From a virus: 64,000 bases of DNA. Where the stretch lies: positions 1 through 64,000 of IMG/VR virus record IMGVR_UViG_3300009159_008968, one strand, 5' to 3'. Under the pieces are notes generated by a model. The model saw only the letters and a list, made by a program, of their open reading frames with translations, was not told the DNA's origin and ran no database searches. The position numbers and the translations under genes are program-made. This document shows, one piece after another, positions 28,072-36,302 of the stretch (position 1 is the stretch's first letter; each line of letters opens with the position of its first letter).

Positions 28072-28377
28072 TTATAAAATTTTTATGTTGTTTTCATCAT
28101 ATTTTATTTTAATAACCTGCTGATTTTGTTCATCCCACCAAGCAATATATGTTGGTGATGAATTTTTCCAAGAAATAAAAAGTTTTTCAATCTCTTCAAC
28201 TATGTTCACCATTTTTGTTTTTTCCATTAACTTTTCTTTGGCTGCTATAATTTCAGGATGTTTAGAATCAATTTTTTTTAACTCTTCTTTTAGAGATTTA
28301 TATTCAATTTTCAAATTCTTAAAAATTTCTTCACGGAATTGAATTTGGTTTTTAATTATTTCGTCTCTGGTTTTCAT
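28072..28377 (-). CDS. Hypothetical coiled-coil protein
   Basis: ORF only. Confidence 0.5.
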   Translation of the reverse strand: MKTRDEIIKNQIQFREEIFKNLKIEYKSLKEELKKIDSKHPEIIAAKEKLMEKTKMVNIVEEIEKLFISWKNSSPTYIAWWDEQNQQVIKIKYDENNIKIL

Positions 28378-28455
28378 AATAAAATAAGATAATCTAAAAT
28401 AATTAATAAAAAAATAAATTAAATCTTAATTTGTCTCTATTTATTATTAGACAAA

Positions 28456-28767
28456 ATGTATTACAACAACTTAAGAAAAGCAATAAGAAAAATTTTAAAT
28501 GAAGAGGCCAATGATCTTCGTGTGGAAAAATGCGTTGAAGTTGGTTTAGACCACTTAAAAAAATACAAAATCAATTTGTCAAATAATTCTGCAGATTTTT
28601 TTCAGAAAAAAAACATAGTAATTACAAATTCAAATCAAGCTGATTATAAATGTTCTAATATAGCAGGATATGTTAAAAGTGAATCAGGTTTTGTTTATGA
28701 ATTTACTGGCGTTGATTGTGATGGATATATTTGGTTAGATCCAAAATCAGTGAAGTTGGCTAGTTAA
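28456..28767 (+). CDS. Putative head protein
   Basis: LRKAIRKILNEE N-terminus; CTATTTAT at 28437. Confidence 0.5.
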   Translation: MYYNNLRKAIRKILNEEANDLRVEKCVEVGLDHLKKYKINLSNNSADFFQKKNIVITNSNQADYKCSNIAGYVKSESGFVYEFTGVDCDGYIWLDPKSVKLAS

Positions 28768-29657
28768 ATTTCTTGGCTTAAGAATTTTTTATATTGATTA
28801 GGGTCTGAATCACACATAGCAAAATTATTTTTATAAGGACAGAAAAAACAATTTCCTGTTTTTTTTTCGAATTTTGCCTTTGGAAAATGATTTTGAATAT
28901 GTATTTTTTCCATTGTTTCAGCTACAACAGTCAAAGAACTTTCTATATCATTTACATCTGAAAAAATTTCAACAGATTGTATTTCTCCATATCCCAATTC
29001 AGGACATTTTTTACTTTTCAATCTATTTAATACAACATATTTACAATCTATCTCATCAAAACTAACACCTTGTTTACGAGCAAAGAAATATTTATACAAC
29101 CTCATTTGGGCCATAAAAGTTATATCTTTTTTCTTTTTTGAAACGTCCCAAGCTTCTCCGGATGTCTTCCAATCTACAATTACATATCTATTGGTTTTTT
29201 TATCTTGTAAAATTAAATCTATAAAACCTTTAAAATGGAAAATTCCATAAATCTTTTCATATAATGGCAATTCAACACCAACTATATTATATTTTTCAAG
29301 AATTTTTTCTGTAGAAAGTGTTTTTATTATATTTTCACCTTGATTGAGATAATTATCTAATTCATTAAAATCTGGACTATTTTTTAAATTATTATGCATT
29401 TCTCTAGAAAAATCCTCTCTAAAATTTAAAACTCTTTCTTGTACTGAACTTTTTTCTTTAATTCCTAATTCAATTGCTTTGTGTATTGAGTTTCCAAATA
29501 TTAAGTGTATTGAAGTTTCTTCTCCTACAAGTTTAAGGTACTTTTCAATTAAATGTCTGTGTCCACAAGATTGATATTTTGAAAATTCGCTAAAAGAGAT
29601 ATGAACTTTTCCTGCACTTTGTTCTATTGAATCTAAATATTGTTGATCTTTATTCAT
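28764..29657 (-). CDS. PD-(D/E)XK nuclease (RecB/Cas4-like)
   Basis: HISFSEFSKYQSC, FGNSIH, VEL..FKGFIDL..IVDWKT, C-terminal CFFCPY..C. Confidence 0.85.
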   Translation of the reverse strand: MNKDQQYLDSIEQSAGKVHISFSEFSKYQSCGHRHLIEKYLKLVGEETSIHLIFGNSIHKAIELGIKEKSSVQERVLNFREDFSREMHNNLKNSPDFNELDNYLNQGENIIKTLSTEKILEKYNIVGVELPLYEKIYGIFHFKGFIDLILQDKKTNRYVIVDWKTSGEAWDVSKKKKDITFMAQMRLYKYFFARKQGVSFDEIDCKYVVLNRLKSKKCPELGYGEIQSVEIFSDVNDIESSLTVVAETMEKIHIQNHFPKAKFEKKTGNCFFCPYKNNFAMCDSDPNQYKKFLSQEI

Positions 29658-29724
29658 CTTTTAAAATTATAAAAAAATAGAAACAAATACAATTATTCTG
29701 GGCTATTTATTATAAAAAATTTTA

Positions 29725-30426
29725 ATGTTGTTATCCGAATCATATAAAAACAGGTTAAAGAAATTAGCTGGTATTCTTAACGAGGAGATATATAACTTTA
29801 GTGATGAGGAAAAAACTGCTGCATATAAGGACTTTGACAAAAGAATGCCATTTTCAAAAGATTTAATGGCTAAAGCAATAAGAGAAGGTTGGGAAATCGG
29901 AATAACATTTCAAAGCAACAATGAAAAAAGTAAAATGCCAATAGCTAAAGCTAGAATCATTTATCCTGTTGCTATGGGTTTATCAAAAAAAGGTAATGTA
30001 GTAATTAGGGGTTATCATAAAATTGGGCAATCTGAAAGTGGGGCAGGTAAAGCTCAGAAACAAGGATTAAAGAATTATAGAAGCACAGAAGTAAAAGATG
30101 AATGGAGATTATTTAAAGCATCTGGTATTAAAAATATGTGGTTTACAGGAGATTTTTTTAAATTAGAAAACGTTTCTGGATACAGAGAGATTGGTGATAA
30201 AGGAATGACTGCAGTTGAAATACAAGCAAAAAAATCACAAGTGTCAAAATTCCAAAATGACTATTATAAAAACATTAAAAAATCAACCGAAAAACCACCA
30301 TCAACCGTTGTAGTAAAAAATAAACCATTAGAAAAATTAGCGAGAGAACCAAAAATTTCACAAACTCCTACAAAAATTAAATCTCCTGAACAAACACAAG
30401 GAAATCAAGAACCTCAACAAAAATGA
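29725..30426 (+). CDS. Putative virion protein (RLKKLAGILNEE N-terminus; possible WYL-like fold)
   Basis: RIIYPVAMG..VIRGY..WRLFK..I pattern; CTATTTAT at 29703. Confidence 0.45.
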   Translation: MLLSESYKNRLKKLAGILNEEIYNFSDEEKTAAYKDFDKRMPFSKDLMAKAIREGWEIGITFQSNNEKSKMPIAKARIIYPVAMGLSKKGNVVIRGYHKIGQSESGAGKAQKQGLKNYRSTEVKDEWRLFKASGIKNMWFTGDFFKLENVSGYREIGDKGMTAVEIQAKKSQVSKFQNDYYKNIKKSTEKPPSTVVVKNKPLEKLAREPKISQTPTKIKSPEQTQGNQEPQQK

Positions 30427-31031
30427 TCTGCTGCATAACTAGCACCAAATGCTTCTGATTTTATCTTAGCAGTAAGTCCCATTGTATTAAAATAATTCAT
30501 AGCTTCAGTAACTACCAAATTAGATTTGTGGTAACTTTTAGAATTATAATCACAATGAATTTCTAAAGGAATATTATTTTGTTTAAAAAATGCTTTATTA
30601 TTTCTTACAAATTCTGCTGAGATATCTGCTTCTTTTAGCAATCTATATTTGTAATCATATATTTTAGGAAGGTCCATTCTATTTACTAATACATGAACTC
30701 CATTTCGCTCAACTTGCAAACATATAACTGTTACAAACCTTGTAAAAGATAAATGATTTTGTGAGTCAGTTCCTACCAATATTTTAACTGATCTTCCCGA
30801 TAATTCATTTTCTTTTTTAAAATTTAAAATGTAATCATGTAAATTCTCGCTTAGTGAAGTTAGATTTTTTTCTTCACCTGTTATTTTTTTCCATTTAAAA
30901 GAATATCTATCAATATACTTATGATCTCCATTTACAGATACTCCCCAATTTAAAGGGGTGATATCAAAATATATCTGCTCTGATTTTTCTCTAAGATCTT
31001 TATGATAACTTGATTCTTTTTTTTGACGCAT
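30414..31031 (-). CDS. YkuK-like ribonuclease H-fold protein
   Basis: ILVGTDSQ, FVTVI, RLLKEA, EIHCDYN, AFGASYAAD. Confidence 0.8.
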   Translation of the reverse strand: MRQKKESSYHKDLREKSEQIYFDITPLNWGVSVNGDHKYIDRYSFKWKKITGEEKNLTSLSENLHDYILNFKKENELSGRSVKILVGTDSQNHLSFTRFVTVICLQVERNGVHVLVNRMDLPKIYDYKYRLLKEADISAEFVRNNKAFFKQNNIPLEIHCDYNSKSYHKSNLVVTEAMNYFNTMGLTAKIKSEAFGASYAADHFC

Positions 31032-31036
31032 AACTT

Positions 31037-31771
31037 TTACATTTTCATTTTATCTTTGATATTTGTAATTAAATGTGGAACGAATTTTACATCAGGAAAT
31101 TTTTCTTTAACTGCACCTTCTGCGTGATAAAGCCAATCAGCCCGATCTTCATAAAAATGAACTTCATCCCACCCATTCATTTCAATTGTTTTTAAAATAA
31201 TATTAGTTTTATAATCTTTAATTGATACAGACCCTTTTTGATATAAAATTAATCCATAGTTAGGTAATTCTAAATTTAATTCTTTAAAAATATCAATAAT
31301 ATAAGGTCTTAGTTCCTCATCTCTCCCAGTGACTATCATTTTTTTATTCGCTTTTTGATAATCTTTTATCACATCAAGATTGAATATTTTACCAAGAGTT
31401 TCAGGACTAGAATGAAAACCCGGGAATGATTTTATAACTAAATTATTATCATGAACATCGAAATATCTTTGAAATTTTTTCTCTTTAAAATATTCTATAA
31501 ATTCTCCGGGAAATGGTTTTCCTGTTTCTTTATTAATAGGTATAACAAAATCTCCTTTTTTTTCAAAAGCTACATTTTTATTCATCTTATCAATGAATAT
31601 AACTTTTAGTTTCTTAAAATAATCTGGAAAATATTTTGCATCATCTATTAAACCATCATTAGAAACACCCACGAAATCTGAAAACTTTGGTGTTTCAAAT
31701 AACGTATCATCCATATCAAATATGTGAATTGTTTTCATATGTATAAATAATAACAAAAAAAGGCGATTCAT
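31037..31771 (-). CDS. HAD-superfamily phosphatase-like protein
   Basis: HIFDMDDTLF, IVTGR, FYEDR. Confidence 0.7.
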   Translation of the reverse strand: MNRLFLLLFIHMKTIHIFDMDDTLFETPKFSDFVGVSNDGLIDDAKYFPDYFKKLKVIFIDKMNKNVAFEKKGDFVIPINKETGKPFPGEFIEYFKEKKFQRYFDVHDNNLVIKSFPGFHSSPETLGKIFNLDVIKDYQKANKKMIVTGRDEELRPYIIDIFKELNLELPNYGLILYQKGSVSIKDYKTNIILKTIEMNGWDEVHFYEDRADWLYHAEGAVKEKFPDVKFVPHLITNIKDKMKM

Positions 31772-31786
31772 ATAGAATCGCCCTTT
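31755..31786 (-). terminator. Intrinsic terminator after hsp20
   Basis: AAAAAAAGGCGATTC-ATATA-GAATCGCCCTTT. Confidence 0.75.
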
Positions 31787-31810
31787 AATGAAAATTTCTG
31801 AATTATTTTT

Positions 31811-32227
31811 TTATTTTATTTGTATTACTTTTTTTGTTTCAGCTTTTTGCATTCTTGGGACTTTAATAGTAAGTACACCATCTTCTAACTTTGAACTAAT
31901 TGAATCCATATCGACATTTGGATTTATTTTGAAATTTCTTGAAAATTCCGTTGCAAAAGAATACTCATTCAAAATATACTTTTCAGTGTTTTTTTCTTCT
32001 TTTTTCCCTTTAACCAGCAAATCATTATTTTCCAATGTTATTTCAATTTCATTTTTGTTGAATCCGGGGACTACTAATTCCAGAACAACATCTTCTTCCA
32101 TTTCTTTGATGTTGGAATAGATTTTTTTACTAATTAAAGTTGTTGGAAATAAATTTTTTTCCAAAGTTGAGTCAAGATCTAATTTCATTAGATCAAATAA
32201 ACTGTAAGGGTTTGTAAGTGTTTTCAT
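31811..32227 (-). CDS. Small heat-shock protein (Hsp20/alpha-crystallin)
   Basis: LVVPGFNKNEIEITLEN, FSRNFKI, SSKLEDGVLTIKVPR. Confidence 0.92.
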   Translation of the reverse strand: MKTLTNPYSLFDLMKLDLDSTLEKNLFPTTLISKKIYSNIKEMEEDVVLELVVPGFNKNEIEITLENNDLLVKGKKEEKNTEKYILNEYSFATEFSRNFKINPNVDMDSISSKLEDGVLTIKVPRMQKAETKKVIQIK

Positions 32228-32292
32228 AATTTTTATATTTTTTTTAAATTTAAAACCACTTATTTCAAACCATATACCATTTGTATTTTAAT

Positions 32293-32610
32293 TTATTTTT
32301 CGGTCAATTTTTCTAGGCCGTCAAAAGAATTTGTGATAAAATGTCTTAGATCTATTTTTCCCTCTGACGTTTTGTCAATTTGTTCTCTTTTCTTTCCATT
32401 AAGAGCTCCTCCGGGGTTTTCTAATTGTTCTAAACCGTTTTTCCAATTAGTAAGTCTTTTTTCAAAACCCATCATTAAGTTATCAAAAGATTTTTGAGAA
32501 TATTGTTCTTTAGGAAATTTTGGAAAAACATTTTTATATCCAATTTGTCTTGCACGATTTTTTAAATCGTTAATTTCGTTCTTTAAATTTTCGTTTATTG
32601 AATATTTCAT
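32293..32610 (-). CDS. Hypothetical protein
   Basis: ORF only. Confidence 0.5.
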   Translation of the reverse strand: MKYSINENLKNEINDLKNRARQIGYKNVFPKFPKEQYSQKSFDNLMMGFEKRLTNWKNGLEQLENPGGALNGKKREQIDKTSEGKIDLRHFITNSFDGLEKLTEK

Positions 32611-32918
32611 TTTTCAGTTTTTTTAAAGTTTTTATTTTTTTGCTCAACTTGAGTAGTAATTACATTACAAGAATAAGGATAAACAGAAATTCTATTTTCT
32701 TCAACATTAAATGTTGCATGAATAATATCTAAATCATATTTAAAACCTCTTGTATCTTTTAAATAGCATTTTCCTTCAGCATTTTTCTTGTAAAGAATTT
32801 CCATGATTTTAGATGTTGCCTCATTAAACTCTTCATGAGTATCAAATTCAATGTGAACATAATCCCATTTACCATTTTTTTCTACTGGCTTTCTTTGAAT
32901 TGTTCCTAATATTTCCAT
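32607..32918 (-). CDS. Hypothetical protein
   Basis: ORF; TATATTTG at about 32950-32957 upstream. Confidence 0.5.
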   Translation of the reverse strand: MEILGTIQRKPVEKNGKWDYVHIEFDTHEEFNEATSKIMEILYKKNAEGKCYLKDTRGFKYDLDIIHATFNVEENRISVYPYSCNVITTQVEQKNKNFKKTEK

Positions 32919-32991
32919 AAAATATTTTTTTGTTTTTTTAATTTACTTAAACAAATATAATAATTATAAAATGATAAAAGCAAATATTTTA

Positions 32992-33420
32992 TTAAAAAAT
33001 TTCATAGTCAAAAACAGGTGTTAAAAAATCGTTTGTTTTATAATCACATTCTAATTTATATCCTAAATAATCAATGTTAAAATCCACAAACCTTACAACA
33101 TTTCCATCTTTATCATAAAAAAAGATTTTTGCAAAATCTATTTTTTTAAAATCATCAATCCAATCATTTATACATAAAGTGCTTTTAATTAATAAATTTT
33201 TTTTATTATTATATTCAACTAATTTAAAACCTTTAATTCTATTAGGGCTTATTTTAATATCTTCACCTTCTAAGTGAACTGAAAATCTATTTTGTAAAAA
33301 AAAATTACTTTCTCCAAGTAAAATTGGATATTCTTTTTCTAATTTGAATTCTTCTAAAGGATTAAAATCATTAATGAATTCAAGTAAAATATTTTTTTTA
33401 TTCCTGAGTCTATTAAACAT
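32992..33420 (-). CDS. Hypothetical protein, possibly tail-tube-like
   Basis: NRF near the N-terminus and a beta-rich C-terminal pattern (FYDKDGNVV..LECDY); weak. Confidence 0.35.
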   Translation of the reverse strand: MFNRLRNKKNILLEFINDFNPLEEFKLEKEYPILLGESNFFLQNRFSVHLEGEDIKISPNRIKGFKLVEYNNKKNLLIKSTLCINDWIDDFKKIDFAKIFFYDKDGNVVRFVDFNIDYLGYKLECDYKTNDFLTPVFDYEIF

Positions 33421-33429
33421 GAAATAGAA

Positions 33430-34248
33430 TTAAATTCTATCTTTATATTTTAGAATTTTCTGCATTTTTATAGCATCAAGAACTAAACCAGTTCCATTCT
33501 CTAAAACTATGTTCAATTCTTTTGATAGTGCAGCTTCTAAAAATTCAAAACTTAATCTTGTGTTTCCAATTAAAAAACCTCTTTCAGTAAATTTTACTTG
33601 AAAAGGAGCTTTTGTTGATTTATCAAAATTAACAACTAAAGTTTTTTTCTTATTAATTGGTGATTCCTGTTCTTCCATTCTTGCAAATTTTCTTTTAATC
33701 ATAAAACCATATTTGTCCAAATAATCTTCATCTTCTCCTTCCAAAGTTATTTTTGCTTGAGGAGCTGGAACTTTTGCTTGTTGAGCTTTGGCTGCATCTT
33801 CACTAGTTTTTATTGTTTTACCAATCTCAGCTTTCATTTTTTGATCTTCTCTTATTTCATCCTGAATTTGTTTCATTTCTTCATTTTTCAATTTGAGAAA
33901 TTCTTGCTTATCTTTAGCTATATCATTAATAGTATCAACAATTCTATTTCTCTCTTTTTCTAATCTAGCTAATTCTAATCTAATTCTTTTTTGCTCTTCA
34001 GGGCTTTTGGTTACATTATAAGCAGCCTTCTTTTGAGTTATTTGTTCTAAATTATATTTTTGACTTTCTTTTGTTTTTATTTCTAATTCTTTGTCTTGTT
34101 CCTCTCTATTTTTAATAGATTCTTGTGCAACTTTTAAACGATCTTGTTTAGTTTTAATATTATTATCTAAAGTAGACGCATAATTCTTGACAGTGTCAGT
34201 AAAATCTGTTGCTTCATTTATAAAAATTTTAAAAATTTTACTTCTCAT
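33430..34248 (-). CDS. Coiled-coil putative virion protein
   Basis: KIFINE N-terminus, long coiled coil; CTATTTAT at 34275-34282. Confidence 0.5.
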   Translation of the reverse strand: MRSKIFKIFINEATDFTDTVKNYASTLDNNIKTKQDRLKVAQESIKNREEQDKELEIKTKESQKYNLEQITQKKAAYNVTKSPEEQKRIRLELARLEKERNRIVDTINDIAKDKQEFLKLKNEEMKQIQDEIREDQKMKAEIGKTIKTSEDAAKAQQAKVPAPQAKITLEGEDEDYLDKYGFMIKRKFARMEEQESPINKKKTLVVNFDKSTKAPFQVKFTERGFLIGNTRLSFEFLEAALSKELNIVLENGTGLVLDAIKMQKILKYKDRI

Positions 34249-34292
34249 TCTTTGAATAATGGTATTTCTAAATAATAAATAGTATAAAAAAT

Positions 34293-34313
34293 AAAACCAC
34301 CCGAAGGTGGTTT
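34293..34313 (-). terminator. Intrinsic terminator
   Basis: AAAACCACC-CGAA-GGTGGTTT. Confidence 0.8.
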
Positions 34314-34335
34314 CATTTTAGTTAACTTTTAAAAA

Positions 34336-34518
34336 TTATTGCCCCATTAAATTATTCATATATTCCCTAAACTTCTCTTCTTTTTTAATTTTTTCCATTC
34401 TAATTGCTTCTTTTTTGTCAAGTTTTTTAAGATGGGCAACTTTTTTTCTTTTCTGTCTTTTTTCTCCTAGTTTTTTAGCTCTTTCTGAGGCGTTTTTGTC
34501 TTTTTTAGGCTTTTTCAT
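34336..34518 (-). CDS. Small basic protein
   Basis: Lys/Arg-rich 60-aa ORF. Confidence 0.5.
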   Translation of the reverse strand: MKKPKKDKNASERAKKLGEKRQKRKKVAHLKKLDKKEAIRMEKIKKEEKFREYMNNLMGQ

Positions 34519-34574
34519 AGTAAATTAAATTTACAAGAAAAATAATTAATTTAAATCAAAAACCGAATAGTAAA

Positions 34575-36209
34575 TTATCTTCTATTAATTTCATTTCTTG
34601 CTTCAGCAGCTTTTTCGTATTCCTCATTTTCAATTGCCCAAGCTAAATATGTATTTAATTCATCAATTGACATATCAGGTAATTTTTTAGAAACTAATTT
34701 TTCAGGAACACCAGTTTCAGTTTTCTTTCCTAAGATATCATCCAAAGCACTACTAACAAGATCACCTATCTTATTCATATCAGGTTCTCCAGCTATATCT
34801 TCCGGTTCCGGCATTTCATCATTTTGATTTCTATAATCTTCAATTTCTTTTTCAAGTTCATCAACCATTTTTTCTAGTTTTTGGATAGCTGTAGCTCCAT
34901 CATTTACCACTTCATCCATAAGTTGCAAGAAATCATCAGGTGCTAACATTCCAATTTTATTCAAAAGATAAGATACTATTGAGTAATCATTATTTCTTTC
35001 TTTTACTATATAATCAATACAATCATGTAAATATTTCCAAAGACGTGGACCAATTAATTTCATCCATTGTTCTTCTTCATATTTATCTGCTTGAGAAATT
35101 ACGTATTTACTCATTTCCTCACCATGTTCTTGAGCGATATCCTCAATACTTTGTAAGAAAAGTAACTCAACAGCAATTTTTGCAGTTTCATGTAAAAGAA
35201 TTAAAAATAATTTTGCTTGTGCTTTTCCTTCTCCTGATTCTTTATCAATTTCACATTTACCCCAATTTTGTCTTCCTGCTACTGGCATTTCTATTTTCCA
35301 TAGTTGAAATTCCACATTAGGCATGAATTTTTCATACAATGGATACAATCTATCATCAATAGCATCTAATGATGCCTTAACTCCGTCAAATAGCTTATGA
35401 GCTCTATAACCAGAACCCATCATCAGAGCATTTTGAATTTTTCTTTTATCAATGTATTTTTTTGCTAATTCTTTTTCTTCATCTGTTAATTCAGCTTCAA
35501 CAGCTTCAATTGGATTTTCATCATCCCCATCCATTTCAATATTTTCATCTGGAGTTAATCGTGCAACAATCATTTCTTTTACCTCATCAGGTAAACCAAA
35601 ATTTCTTGCTACAGTTTCAATTGCTAATTCTTCTAATTGTCTTTTATGACGAGATTCAATAGTCATAATAGATTGCAAAGAAGTATAAATAGCTTGCATA
35701 CTTAAATCACCAGCATCAACTAACGTATTGACAATTGAATTAAATTCTTCACTTCCAAGTTTTTCAAGTGTAGATTTATTCATTTGTTTTTTCTGTAAGA
35801 ATTCAATATCACTGAAAGGTGATGGTCCTTGACCTTCAATTCCACTTTTAAAGCTTGATGCAGGTTCTCCGTATCTTGGATTATCAATGTCCATAGGTGG
35901 TGCTTCTTTTAATAATTGACGAAATCTTATTCTTTCGTCATTTTCTTTTAAAAATTTTTTAATTTCATTAACACCATTTCCTTTTACAACTACCTCTTGA
36001 CCTTTATCTTCAGCCTTTGGATTAGGACGTGTATTAGGTCCCGGTTTAGGTATTTTTAAAGGATTAGGCTTTTTATCTGGGGTTGTTTTCGGAGGAGTTT
36101 TTACAGGAGCTGTTTCAGTATCACCTTCATTTTTCATTTTTTTCAAATGATTTTTGACTGCTTTCAAAACAATCTCTTTTAATTCGTGGTATTTAATTTT
36201 CTTTGACAT
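34575..36209 (-). CDS. Large hypothetical (putative virion) protein with C-terminal UVR-like motif
   Basis: Pro-rich linker; C-terminus LAWAIENEEYEKAAEARNEI. Confidence 0.55.
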   Translation of the reverse strand: MSKKIKYHELKEIVLKAVKNHLKKMKNEGDTETAPVKTPPKTTPDKKPNPLKIPKPGPNTRPNPKAEDKGQEVVVKGNGVNEIKKFLKENDERIRFRQLLKEAPPMDIDNPRYGEPASSFKSGIEGQGPSPFSDIEFLQKKQMNKSTLEKLGSEEFNSIVNTLVDAGDLSMQAIYTSLQSIMTIESRHKRQLEELAIETVARNFGLPDEVKEMIVARLTPDENIEMDGDDENPIEAVEAELTDEEKELAKKYIDKRKIQNALMMGSGYRAHKLFDGVKASLDAIDDRLYPLYEKFMPNVEFQLWKIEMPVAGRQNWGKCEIDKESGEGKAQAKLFLILLHETAKIAVELLFLQSIEDIAQEHGEEMSKYVISQADKYEEEQWMKLIGPRLWKYLHDCIDYIVKERNNDYSIVSYLLNKIGMLAPDDFLQLMDEVVNDGATAIQKLEKMVDELEKEIEDYRNQNDEMPEPEDIAGEPDMNKIGDLVSSALDDILGKKTETGVPEKLVSKKLPDMSIDELNTYLAWAIENEEYEKAAEARNEINRR

Positions 36210-36255
36210 TGTAAATTTACATTTTTAATAAATATAAAACAAAATTATTTAAAAT

Positions 36256-36285
36256 AAAAAAAACCCACATTTCTGCGGGTTTTTT
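36256..36285 (-). terminator. Intrinsic terminator after nrdJ
   Basis: AAAAAAAACCC(A)CA..GCGGGTTTTTT. Confidence 0.7.
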
Positions 36286-36302
36286 AAATTATAATTATTC
36301 AA

